Below, one piece after another: positions 51,682 to 61,006 of a stretch of 64,000 nt of DNA. The stretch covers positions 3,104,001 to 3,168,000 of the forward strand of contig OY760907.1 in assembly GCA_963664195.1 (NCBI GenBank), given 5' to 3'. Numbering within the stretch: the stretch's first letter is position 1; each line of letters starts with the position of its first letter. The notes under the pieces are model-generated. The model ran no database searches, was not told where the DNA came from, and saw nothing but the letters and a program-made list of their open reading frames with translations. This DNA is from an uncultured candidate division Zixibacteria bacterium (GTDB taxonomy: Bacteria; Zixibacteria; MSB-5A5; GN15; FEB-12). Position numbers and translations under genes: made by a program.

Positions 51682-51710
51682 TTGACTTGGTTGGTGCGAT
51701 GCAGTATCTT
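51682..51710 (+). promoter_or_regulatory. Putative sigma70 promoter of the small ORF/ATPase operon
   Basis: TTGACT-N17-TATCTT. Confidence 0.5.
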
Positions 51711-51786
51711 GGTCCAACTGTCTATTTTGTAATGTCGGGGGATAGGCACATTCCCGCAGTGCCCATACCTTGAGGGAGTCATCGAT

Positions 51787-52008
51787 ATGTCTACTAAGGA
51801 TGCGTGGATTGACCAACGACTGAGCGAAGCGCGAGAGGGCAACGATCTCGTGACGGACTCTGTAGAGACTGCCCTTCGACAGTCATTGGCTGGTATCTTC
51901 TGCGAACGCAAACTCACGTCCAAAGAACTAACTGTGGCGGCGCTGAATCTATTGGCAGAGACGGGTATTGGGGACACCAAAGAGAAGGAGGAGCCAGATG
52001 AGGATTGA
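51787..52008 (+). CDS. Small acidic helical protein (73 aa) overlapping the ATPase start
   Basis: GGGAG RBS; 11-nt overlap with the next gene. Confidence 0.6.
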   Translation: MSTKDAWIDQRLSEAREGNDLVTDSVETALRQSLAGIFCERKLTSKELTVAALNLLAETGIGDTKEKEEPDED

Positions 52009-54346
52009 TTCCATTGCATTGACATGGTTCCGTGGAGCGGCGAACAGCGCAATACTCCAGCCCAACTGCAAATCCTTGGTTGTATTCGGTGAAAATGGTT
52101 CGGGCAAATCCTCCTTTGTTGACGCGATTGAGTATGTAATGCGTGATGGGAAGATCGGACACCTTGAACACAAGTACAGTGGCAGGCGTCAGGAGAAGGG
52201 CGTCCTCAACACACACAGGCCAGAAGGATCCGAAGCCACACTCGAGATCAAACTTCAGGATGGTGCGATCTGCCATGCCGCCATCGATCCGAACGGGGTC
52301 TCCTCCCTGTCCGCAACGGCTATGGATGATTGGGACTATCGACGCACAATCCTGAGGCAAGATGAAGTCGCTCGATTCATCACTGCTACAAAGGGAGACA
52401 AATACTCCGCTTTGCTGCCGGTATTCGGCCTTGATCATATTGAGATCGCGGCTGAGAATCTCAGGCAACTTGCTAAGCGCGTTGAGAGAGAGTCGCAGCT
52501 TGCGTCATTAATCGGTCAAGTTCAATCCTCCGAGGCCAAACGGAGAGATATCTTCGGTGAATCAACCTACGATGACATCGTCCGTACAATCGAGACTCTT
52601 CACGGTCAGTACTGTCCTAAGTCTGAGAGCACTGTAGATTGCACTGAACGATGTGACGAGCTTGAGAAGGTACTTGAGTCTCGTACCGAGAAGTACGACA
52701 CAATGAAGATTCGATACGCTACACTGAAAGAACTCGCGGATGTCGACTATGGCAGCCACATTGTCGCCATCCGCCAATCCAACAGCAAGATGGCGGAGAC
52801 AGTGGAACCCTTTGTTGCAGAGAAGCTGACGGTTCTTGATTCCACCGAGGGATTTGTAGCAAATCTCGAAGACGGAACAGTTGTCGTCTGCCCATCTTGC
52901 GGTCGGCCAATTGGAGTGGAGGAATTCAGGGAGCATGTTGCTGCCGAGATGGAGCGTGTCAAGGACTTGATGACGGTGTTGGGCGACCGAAGAGCTGCAG
53001 TCAATCGGCTGTGTGACTGTCTTGGGACAGCGAAGTCATGTTTGGCCGAAGAGGAGCTTGCATCTTGGATAGAGGGACTCCCAGAGGATTGTCGAACTCG
53101 GTGTGTGCCAGACGTCGAAGGGGTGGATCCCGATGAGATCAGGAAATCTGTTCGCGAGGATGACTTAGCGAGAATCGAGCGTGCACTGGAACCCTTGGTG
53201 AATGCTGCAAAGGTGTCATCCGCCAGCGCACCGGCAGATGTCAGCGAGCTTTTCGACGATCACAAGAGGGTTGGGGCGGCCAAGGTGGTCATCAAGGGGA
53301 GGGAGCTCAGTAGCACGATTGTGCAGATAAATGACCTCATGGCCTATTTGAATGCGTTGGAGCAAGGTCTCCGGGATGAGATCCGACAGCAATCTCAGAA
53401 GGTTATCGAGGAGATCACCGATGATGTCCAGGTGATGTGGTCGATTCTACATCCGGGGGAGGCGATTGAAGGAGTCCGGCTCTACGTACCTGATGACTCG
53501 GACAAGGCGATAGACATATGTCTCACATTTCATGGGGTCGATCAGGATTCCCCTAGGCTGACTCTATCGGAGGGACATCGTAACAGTCTAGGCCTGTGCA
53601 TTTTCTTAGCGATGGCGAAACGAGAGGCAGGCGCGGATCGACCGGTCATTCTGGATGATGTCGTTGTTAGTCTTGACAGAAATCATCGGGGCATGATCGC
53701 CGAGATACTGGAGAAGCTGTTCTCTGAGAGGCAGGTCATTCTCCTCACGCACGATCTCCACTGGTACATGGAACTCCGGCATCATTTGCTCCCGCCTCGA
53801 TGGCAATTCAAGACACTTATGGCCTTTGATAGACCTGATGTCGGAATATGGTGGTCTGAGAGGAGATTCAATCTCAGTGATGCACGCGCTCATCTGAAAG
53901 ATAGCCCAGACATTGCCGGAAGCACTGCCCGCAAAATAATGGATACGGAACTGGCATTCGTAGCCGAGCGTCTGCATCTGAGGAATCCACATTTATGTGG
54001 TGAAAAGAACGATCATAGAATGGCCCACGAGTTTGCTGTCCGGTTGGCTAAGCAGGGCAAGAAGTGCTATAGGATAAAGGATAATGGCAAATATGAGACG
54101 CATTCAGAGGCCATACAGTCGTTTGAGAAGCTTGGTGGACTCCTTGCCTCTTGGGCCAATACATCTGCCCACACATTTGACATTGTCCCCAGCGAGGCCG
54201 AGAAGTTGGTCGCGCATTGCGAAGCGGCGCTTGATGCATTTGAGTGTAGTGTGTGTGGCAAACCTGTGTATATGTTTGACGACAGCTCGAGGCGTCGTTG
54301 TCATTGCCAATGTGAGGGCTTGCGGTGGGCTTACGATAGGGTATAG
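51998..54346 (+). CDS. Rad50/SMC-like zinc-hook ABC ATPase with RloC/HEPN-like and Zn-ribbon C-terminus
   Basis: Walker A GENGSGKS, Q-loop LRQ, CPSC hook within coiled coils, signature LSEGH, Walker B ILDD and H-loop LTH. The tail has ARKIMD...WANTSAH and CSVC...CHCQC. Confidence 0.8.
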   Translation: MRIDSIALTWFRGAANSAILQPNCKSLVVFGENGSGKSSFVDAIEYVMRDGKIGHLEHKYSGRRQEKGVLNTHRPEGSEATLEIKLQDGAICHAAIDPNGVSSLSATAMDDWDYRRTILRQDEVARFITATKGDKYSALLPVFGLDHIEIAAENLRQLAKRVERESQLASLIGQVQSSEAKRRDIFGESTYDDIVRTIETLHGQYCPKSESTVDCTERCDELEKVLESRTEKYDTMKIRYATLKELADVDYGSHIVAIRQSNSKMAETVEPFVAEKLTVLDSTEGFVANLEDGTVVVCPSCGRPIGVEEFREHVAAEMERVKDLMTVLGDRRAAVNRLCDCLGTAKSCLAEEELASWIEGLPEDCRTRCVPDVEGVDPDEIRKSVREDDLARIERALEPLVNAAKVSSASAPADVSELFDDHKRVGAAKVVIKGRELSSTIVQINDLMAYLNALEQGLRDEIRQQSQKVIEEITDDVQVMWSILHPGEAIEGVRLYVPDDSDKAIDICLTFHGVDQDSPRLTLSEGHRNSLGLCIFLAMAKREAGADRPVILDDVVVSLDRNHRGMIAEILEKLFSERQVILLTHDLHWYMELRHHLLPPRWQFKTLMAFDRPDVGIWWSERRFNLSDARAHLKDSPDIAGSTARKIMDTELAFVAERLHLRNPHLCGEKNDHRMAHEFAVRLAKQGKKCYRIKDNGKYETHSEAIQSFEKLGGLLASWANTSAHTFDIVPSEAEKLVAHCEAALDAFECSVCGKPVYMFDDSSRRRCHCQCEGLRWAYDRV

Positions 54347-54361
54347 CCGGCCTCACGTCCC

Positions 54362-57300
54362 CTACCTAAAATCCCGCGTCTTCAATGAGACGCCTTCTTT
54401 GCTCAAGCTCAAAGGGAGGAACTCGCGGCCGATCACGTTTACCACGCCGTCGCGGCGCTCCACCTGGCCTTTCACCAGAAGTCCGTTCGAGTACACAATC
54501 GCTTTGCGACATTTCAAGACGTAGTTCGGTTTCACCACGATATTGGCGAACCCCGTTTCGTCTTCCATCGTCAGGAACATAAACCCCTTGGCGGTCATCG
54601 GGCGCTGACGGATAATCACCATTCCCGCAATACTGACCTGCGATTTGTCCGGCACTTTACGAAGGTCCGCCGCTGACAAAATCTCTCTCGCTTTCAACTC
54701 CCGCCTGACGAGTCGCATCGGGTGCGGCCCGGTCGACAGCGCCATCCCCTTGAAGTCCGCCGCGAGTTGTTCCCCGACCGCCATCGGCTGCAACTGAGCC
54801 GCACCGGTTTCGTCGAGCTTCATTGTCAACTCGTTTTCCTCCTGCTGCGCCACAGCGAGCATTTCCCACAACGCCTGCCGTCGCGTAATCCCAAACGACC
54901 GAAACGCCCCGACCAGCGCAAGCTGTTCCAGGTGATCCCTGTCCAGCCCGGTGCGGAACACAAAATCGGCGGGGGAGACAAACGGACCTTTGGCCAGCTC
55001 CGGCTCGATCCGCTCTTTGGCCGAAGTGCCCATGCTTTTGACAAACCGGAATCCGAGGCGGATCTTGCCGTCTTCAATCGTGCAATCCCATATACTCTTG
55101 GTAATGTCCACATTTTCGAAACGCACGCCGCGGCTGCGGCCTTCGTAAATAATCGTCGACGGTGAGTAAAACCCGAGCGGTTGGGCGTTGAGCAGGGAGC
55201 AGTAGAATTCCTCGGGGTAGTAGTGCTTGAGGAACGCCGAGACGTACACCAACAGCGCAAACGAAGCGGCGTGTGATTCGGCGAATCCGAAATCGGCGAA
55301 GGCGGCGAGTTGCTGGAAGATACGCGCGGCTGCGTCCTCGCTGATACCGTTGCGGACCATGCCGGCGAGCAGGCGGGCGCGGAGGGCTTCCATCTTTTCG
55401 GCCGAGCGTTTGTGGCCCATGGCGCGACGGACTTCATCGGCCTGGCTCGGGGTGAAGTCGGCGGCGGCCATTGCTACCTGCATCCCCTGTTCCTGAAAAA
55501 GCGGGATGCCGAGGGTGCGTTCGAGGATCGGTTTCAGTTTCGGATGCGGGTATGTTATCGGTTCCTCGCCGTTGCGTCGGCGGAGGTACGGGTGCACCAT
55601 ATCCCCCTGTATGGGGCCGGGGCGGATCAATGCGACTTCGACAACCAGGTCGTAGAACTTCTTCGGTTTGTGACGCGGCAACGTGTTCATCTGGGCGCGT
55701 GACTCTACCTGGAAGACGCCAACCGTATCGGCGGTGCAGAGGAGATCGTAGACGTTGGGATCATCGTAGGAGAGAGTCGCCATATCAAGCGTGACACCGC
55801 GATGTTGCTCTACGAGTTTGAAGGCGATATCGATCAGCGAGAGCATGCCCAGCCCGAGCAGATCGATTTTGACCAGGCCGGTAGCTTCGACATCGTCTTT
55901 GTCCCATTGGATGACGCTGCGGTCGGGCATGGTGGCGTTTTCAATCGGGACGATGTTCGACAGCGGGTTTTGGGTGACGATCATACCGCCGACATGGATG
56001 CCGAGATGACGCGGGAAACCGTAGATCTGGCCGCAGAGGGCAGTGAGCAGTTTGACCCGTTTGTCCTCGGGGTTGAGACCGGCCTCGACTATCCGTTCGC
56101 TGGTCTCTTTGCCGCGTGAGAAATGATCGTGGAGTTTGGCCAACTGGTTGATTTCCTCGAGCGGGAATCCGAGCGCCTTGCCGACATCGCGCACCGCCGA
56201 GCGTCCGCGGTAGGAGATGACCTCGCAGACCATGGCGGCGTGTTCGCGGCCGTATTTTTCATAGACGTACTGGATGACCTCCTCGCGGCGGTTGTGGGCG
56301 ATATCGATATCTATGTCGGGGGCTTCGGTGCGTTCCTCCGAGAGGAACCGTTCGAACAGGAGTTTGAGGCCGATCGGGTCGACTGCTGTGATCTTCAGAC
56401 AGTAACATACCGCCGAGTTTGCCGCCGAACCACGCCCCTGGCAGAGGATACCCTGGGTGGTGCAGAAACGGGTGATGTCCCAGACGATCAGGAAATAGCC
56501 GCAGAGATCGAGTTTGCTGATGATCCGCAGTTCGTGTTCGAGTTGATCGACTACGGGCGGGGTGATTTCGCCGTATCGTATTTTTGCACCCTGATAGGTG
56601 AGGTAGCGAAGGTAACTTCGGACTGAGTAACCGTCGGGGACGGGGAAATCCGGCAGCGAGGTTTTGAGTTGGTTTAGCAGGAACCAGCAGCGGTCGGCGA
56701 TGACTGTCGTGTTTTCGATTGCTTCGGGGCAGCGGGCGAAACGGGCGGCCATCTCCTCGGCGGACTTGAGACGGCGTTCGGCGTTGGGATACAAAAGCGA
56801 TCCGGCCTCGTCGAGTGTAGTGTGATTCTTGATGCAGGTAAGGACATCCTGTAGCGGGCGACGGTTGACCTCGGCAAAGTGTACGTTGTTGGTGGCGACG
56901 ACGGGGATGTTTAGCTTTTTGCCGAGACGGATTAATCGTTCGCAGAGCTGTTCGTGCAGGGGGAGGTTGTGGTGTTGCAGTTCGAGATAGAAATTGTCTT
57001 TGCCAAACAGCTCATGATACGTTTCTGCTGCAAGCGTAGCCTGATTCGTGTTTGCTGCTGTTGACGTACTTGCTGTCAATGCCACAGCTATCTCACTGTG
57101 TGAGCAACCCGAAAGAGCGATGAGGCCGTTGTGGTATTTGTCGAGCAGGTCGGGTGATATTTTGGTTTCATTTTTTACACCGGCGAGTTGGGCCTCGGTG
57201 AGCATGCGGGAGAGGTTGGCGTAGCCGGTTGCGTCTTTGGCCAGCAGGGTGAGATGGGTTTCGTTTGCGCCGGAGTCGTCGACGCAGGTAATCTCTGAAC

Positions 57301-57490
57301 CGAGGATCGATTTGATGCCGTGTTCTCGGGTGGCCTGGTCGAACCGTACTACCCCGTAGAGGCCGTTGTGATCGGTCAGGGCGAGGGCGGGGTAACCGAG
57401 TTCGGCGGCCCGTGTAGCCAACTCCTCCGGATGAGAGGCACCGTTGAGGAAGGAGAAGTTGGAATGGCAATGAAGTTCAACGTATTGCAT
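54362..57490 (-). CDS. dnaE2: Error-prone DNA polymerase DnaE2 (ImuC)
   Basis: ELHCHSNFSFL.GAS PHP start, GRGSAANS, PDIDID and the C-terminal TRDFR signature. Confidence 0.95.
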   Translation of the reverse strand: MQYVELHCHSNFSFLNGASHPEELATRAAELGYPALALTDHNGLYGVVRFDQATREHGIKSILGSEITCVDDSGANETHLTLLAKDATGYANLSRMLTEAQLAGVKNETKISPDLLDKYHNGLIALSGCSHSEIAVALTASTSTAANTNQATLAAETYHELFGKDNFYLELQHHNLPLHEQLCERLIRLGKKLNIPVVATNNVHFAEVNRRPLQDVLTCIKNHTTLDEAGSLLYPNAERRLKSAEEMAARFARCPEAIENTTVIADRCWFLLNQLKTSLPDFPVPDGYSVRSYLRYLTYQGAKIRYGEITPPVVDQLEHELRIISKLDLCGYFLIVWDITRFCTTQGILCQGRGSAANSAVCYCLKITAVDPIGLKLLFERFLSEERTEAPDIDIDIAHNRREEVIQYVYEKYGREHAAMVCEVISYRGRSAVRDVGKALGFPLEEINQLAKLHDHFSRGKETSERIVEAGLNPEDKRVKLLTALCGQIYGFPRHLGIHVGGMIVTQNPLSNIVPIENATMPDRSVIQWDKDDVEATGLVKIDLLGLGMLSLIDIAFKLVEQHRGVTLDMATLSYDDPNVYDLLCTADTVGVFQVESRAQMNTLPRHKPKKFYDLVVEVALIRPGPIQGDMVHPYLRRRNGEEPITYPHPKLKPILERTLGIPLFQEQGMQVAMAAADFTPSQADEVRRAMGHKRSAEKMEALRARLLAGMVRNGISEDAAARIFQQLAAFADFGFAESHAASFALLVYVSAFLKHYYPEEFYCSLLNAQPLGFYSPSTIIYEGRSRGVRFENVDITKSIWDCTIEDGKIRLGFRFVKSMGTSAKERIEPELAKGPFVSPADFVFRTGLDRDHLEQLALVGAFRSFGITRRQALWEMLAVAQQEENELTMKLDETGAAQLQPMAVGEQLAADFKGMALSTGPHPMRLVRRELKAREILSAADLRKVPDKSQVSIAGMVIIRQRPMTAKGFMFLTMEDETGFANIVVKPNYVLKCRKAIVYSNGLLVKGQVERRDGVVNVIGREFLPLSLSKEGVSLKTRDFR

Positions 57491-57569
57491 GATTATTCGT
57501 GGTGTTGCTATTGTCTCTTGAATAAGGTCCACACTTCGACAGGCTCAGCGTGACTTATTTGTAGCCACC

Positions 57570-59069
57570 TCAATCAAATACCCCCTGCACGAACCATTGT
57601 GAGGTTAAACGGTCTAAGAATATCAAATACTTTCGGCAGTTGGCGCTTTGGACCTCCCAGTAGAGGCGGTCGAATCGCTCGCTCCACCATCCGCCGGAAA
57701 GCTCCCACGGTCCTGCGACCTCAAGTCGGTTTATGTAGCCGACGGTAATCGGCTTGCGGTGGTCTTCGGTGACTTCGATGGCTCTCGGCGGCTGGAACAG
57801 GCGAAGGCCGCCTATTGTCCCCAGTGCATACACGCATCGTCGATTCATCGGTGTTTTATCTTGCGTAAGCGCTTTGTATTTCTTGAGAGGTGTGGAAAAG
57901 GTAAACCGTTGTTCCGGAAGGAACGTGTCATGCGCGACAGGTACAGTGATCGTGTGATTGTCAGGGAGGTCGTTGAGTGGGGCAACTCCTGCGGGTATGC
58001 CATCGTTTAGGGGAAGTTGTTCTGCTCGGAGTGCGGCGATCTGTGGGATGGTCACACGGATGCCCTCGATTGGAGCAGAGAGTTTAAGCCTCTCCATGAG
58101 CAATTGCAATTGCCTTGTGAACACGGTTACGGACAAAGTTGGTTGTTCCACACTGACCGGTATGGTGTGCAGGTTTTTGTCGTCGAGGAAGAGCGTTACG
58201 TCGATTGTACTGCATCCCTGGCTGAACCGGCTGAGTTGTTCCAGGAGCGGCGCGAGCATTTGTTCGACCTGCGCGATTACGATCGTTTGCTGGTAGATTG
58301 GCGGGGTCAGCCAAACGGTGTCCGAGACACTTTCGGTTGGTTCGTTGGGATCGAAAAATGCAGTGTCATCGCCTCGCGCCAGTTTTGCCAGTGCCGCCCC
58401 CTGCGAACCGAACCGTCGTGTCATCTCGTTCGCCGGAATCGAGGCAAGCTGGCCGATTGTTTTCAAACCGAGATCATCCATGCGGGACATGATTTCCTGA
58501 GAGAGCCTCAGATGTTTGATGGGCAATGGTTTGAGAAAGTCGGCTTCCTGATTATAGGAAACGATACTGAAGCAGTCATCAGTGATGACCTCGGCGGCAA
58601 CTCTGGCTACAAACTTGTTGCCGGCGATACCGAGCATGATCGGATAGCCGGACGGTTTCAGTGTTGAGACGATTTCCCCGGCGAATGTCCGGTCGTCTTT
58701 GTAGAGAAATCCCAACCCGGCAGCATCGAGATAAAACAACCCTGTCTCGGCCTCCTCGACAAAGGGGGAGAGGCCCTGGAGTTTTTTATAGAGATCGTTG
58801 GACTGTTCAATCTCTGTGTCGACATTCCGCACCTGAATTTTCAAACGGGGCGATACGGTGTGTCCCTGGGCGACCGTCAGGCCGGCAAACAGGCCGGAGT
58901 CAGCAGCTTTTGTATTGACCGCCAGAATCTCGGCCGAATCCAGATTGCTTTCGGCAACGGCAAGCGGGTGGTTGTCGAGGCGGCGGTTTTCGTGCAGGCA
59001 GACCTCGACCTGAAAATTTGGCACCCTCACGCAAGCCACACGTGGATAAATGGGCGGGGCAAGGCTCAC
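57570..59069 (-). CDS. imuB: ImuB, catalytically inactive Y-family polymerase homolog
   Basis: Y-family fold lacking the acidic catalytic motifs; clamp motif QLPL; C-terminal GPW..SGGWW...WFVQGVFD. Confidence 0.85.
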   Translation of the reverse strand: MSLAPPIYPRVACVRVPNFQVEVCLHENRRLDNHPLAVAESNLDSAEILAVNTKAADSGLFAGLTVAQGHTVSPRLKIQVRNVDTEIEQSNDLYKKLQGLSPFVEEAETGLFYLDAAGLGFLYKDDRTFAGEIVSTLKPSGYPIMLGIAGNKFVARVAAEVITDDCFSIVSYNQEADFLKPLPIKHLRLSQEIMSRMDDLGLKTIGQLASIPANEMTRRFGSQGAALAKLARGDDTAFFDPNEPTESVSDTVWLTPPIYQQTIVIAQVEQMLAPLLEQLSRFSQGCSTIDVTLFLDDKNLHTIPVSVEQPTLSVTVFTRQLQLLMERLKLSAPIEGIRVTIPQIAALRAEQLPLNDGIPAGVAPLNDLPDNHTITVPVAHDTFLPEQRFTFSTPLKKYKALTQDKTPMNRRCVYALGTIGGLRLFQPPRAIEVTEDHRKPITVGYINRLEVAGPWELSGGWWSERFDRLYWEVQSANCRKYLIFLDRLTSQWFVQGVFD

Positions 59070-59872
59070 AATTGCACCTCTACATGGGTCCCTTCGGTGG
59101 TAATGCGGCTTTTGGTGATCGAGATTGCCAACCGGTTGGTATTGGTACGGCCGACAGTCAGGCGTAGCGAAGCCATGCTCGACGGAATGATATTGGGACT
59201 TACGCCGTTTGTTTTGACCGGTTGGGTCAGGAAGATTACCAGCCCTTTTGCCCTCACGGTTTTAAGGCGCAGGCGGTGCAGAAGCCCGATTGGCAGGGTG
59301 TCTTTTCTGTGATACCCGACCAGGTCAAAAACTATGATATCAGCGTTGCGGTCGCGAAGCAGCAGCTCTGCCGTGCGAAGGCTGTTTTTGATGCAGTCAT
59401 CCCCTCTGACGTTGGGTTTGATAACCAGCAGTCGGGAGAGATCAAGGCCGGAAGCCGAGGCGGCATCGGGAAAAAAGGCATTGCTGAAATCGACATACGC
59501 CGCAATTCTGTTTTGAGTTGCACAGGACAGCATGCGAAAGAGCAGGCCGGTTTTCCCCGAGGATACCCCGCCGGTGATTTCTATCAACTGACCGTAAGGA
59601 ATGCCGCCCATCGGGAACAGACTGTCGAGTTCGGGAAATCCGGTGCTGAAGACCAACTCGTTTTGATCAGAGAGGGAACGGATTGCCTCGGGCCATTTGC
59701 GGGTGAGTTTTTGTTTGAGGGTGGAGATCGGCGGTTTGTTGTAGTGGGTAGGAGAGGTGTTGTTTGCATGAATCCCACCGCAAGCGGCGGGGTACAGATG
59801 TTGTTTGAGGCTGGTTACGCCCAAAAGAACCGGGGGGCGACTTCCAAATGTATGTGAAGCGGTATTTCTCAT
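59066..59872 (-). CDS. imuA: ImuA, RecA-like protein
   Basis: STGFPELD...GGIPYGQLIEITGGVSSGKT; first gene of the imuA-imuB-dnaE2 cassette. Confidence 0.82.
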   Translation of the reverse strand: MRNTASHTFGSRPPVLLGVTSLKQHLYPAACGGIHANNTSPTHYNKPPISTLKQKLTRKWPEAIRSLSDQNELVFSTGFPELDSLFPMGGIPYGQLIEITGGVSSGKTGLLFRMLSCATQNRIAAYVDFSNAFFPDAASASGLDLSRLLVIKPNVRGDDCIKNSLRTAELLLRDRNADIIVFDLVGYHRKDTLPIGLLHRLRLKTVRAKGLVIFLTQPVKTNGVSPNIIPSSMASLRLTVGRTNTNRLAISITKSRITTEGTHVEVQL

Positions 59873-59891
59873 TGCTTAACCCTCTATCGAC

Positions 59892-59915
59892 CATACTGCA
59901 TATACGTGCAGTATG
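59892..59915. promoter_or_regulatory. Palindromic operator, putative LexA/SOS box
   Basis: CATACTGCA-TATACG-TGCAGTATG perfect inverted repeat containing CTG-N10-CAG. Confidence 0.65.
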
Positions 59916-59916
59916 T

Positions 59917-59945
59917 AGTGTATGCGGAAGAGGGATGGTTGTCAA
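59917..59945 (-). promoter_or_regulatory. sigma70 promoter of the imuABC cassette
   Basis: TTGACA (59945-59940), a 17-nt spacer, then TACACT (59922-59917). Confidence 0.7.
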
Positions 59946-60020
59946 TAACATCCTCTTAAATTGTTGTAGTGTAATTTGTTAGGCGGTTCATTGAAAGTCC
60001 TGTTCGTGGTCTGGAGGAGA

Positions 60021-60056
60021 CAAAAAACGACCCGGCCGAATGACCGACCGGGTATC
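60021..60056 (-). terminator. Intrinsic terminator
   Basis: Minus strand reads ACCCGGTCGG-TCAT-TCGGCCGGGT followed by CGTTTTTT. Confidence 0.6.
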
Positions 60057-60085
60057 AGCTATCAATCAGGTCATCAGGGACAGGG

Positions 60086-61006
60086 CTAGTCGTTTGATGA
60101 CATATCCACGGTCAGTTTGAAGCCAAAAGAGTAACGGAAGAATCGCTCGTAGAAGAGGTCGTCATCCAGAGGGAGCAGGAAGGATAGTCCCGTATGGCAC
60201 TTTCCAAACCGGTAGCCTCCTGAGAACTCAACCTGATGTATGGAACGATCGTCGAAGCCTTCGATCTCCCCCTCTGTCAGCATCATCCCTGCAAAACCGA
60301 TGCTACCGCTAACTCTGCTGTCCTCAAATCCGAGGCGGGCACCGTATTCGAAAACGGCTGATTTCTTGTAGAAACCATCTGTCAGCGGGCGGGCAATTGT
60401 CTGATCAGTATAGGAATCAGATTTGTCTTCCGGAAGTACCACCGATACGCCGCCAAAGATATGATAGGACAGATTTTTGGGTGTCCGTCCCATACAACCG
60501 ATTCTCAATTTCACGGTTGTTGTCTTCAAAAGGAAGGCATCGAAACGAGTGATGTCAGCCAGGCGGCCGTACGTAGATGCGGCTCGCCTGTCGTCAGGGA
60601 CAAACGGAAGGCGCACTCCTATCTGGACATATGCCGGTGTGTTCTTAAAGGTCTGTCGAATTCCGATATGTGCGTTTCCAAAAACGTTTTCGCCCTCACC
60701 CGGAGGACAGCCGGTGCTACCTCACGTATTGTCTGCTTCTCTTTCCTTCAGCTTGGCGAAGGGCATCTCAACCAAAACCAGTGTCCGGTTCGACACAGGG
60801 ATGCTGCCGGAGAGGTAAAGGGCAGAAGAGAGGGTGGTGAATTCACCGAAAGGATTGATCATTTGAGGCTTGCGGAACTCGAAGGAGAGGGACGGGCCTT
60901 GTGGTGATAGAGAACAACCAGACTGTGCGGACGTGTTTACGGGAAGAACCGATGTGAAGATCACAGTCACTACGGCACAGATTGCAGACCTGAGGGCGAT
61001 GTGCAT
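60086..61006 (-). pseudogene. Putative outer-membrane beta-barrel protein gene with a single in-frame TGA (60722-60724)
   Basis: ORFs 60722..61006 and 60086..60616 are in the same frame, and the bridge translates without other stops (ADNT*GSTGCPPGEGENVFGNAHIGI). It has a signal peptide, a GGAGG RBS and alternating beta-strand patterns. Confidence 0.65.

Noticed and set aside
51998..54346. Housekeeping SMC, SbcC or RecN
   Set aside because: There is no SMC hinge and no sbcD/scpAB partner, and the long post-ATPase tail is not found in those proteins.
60722..60724. Genome-wide TGA reassignment (code 4/25)
   Set aside because: Many conserved genes here end at TGA at the expected length, often in ATGA overlaps (ruvC/ruvA, rfbD/rfbC, pseC/next gene).
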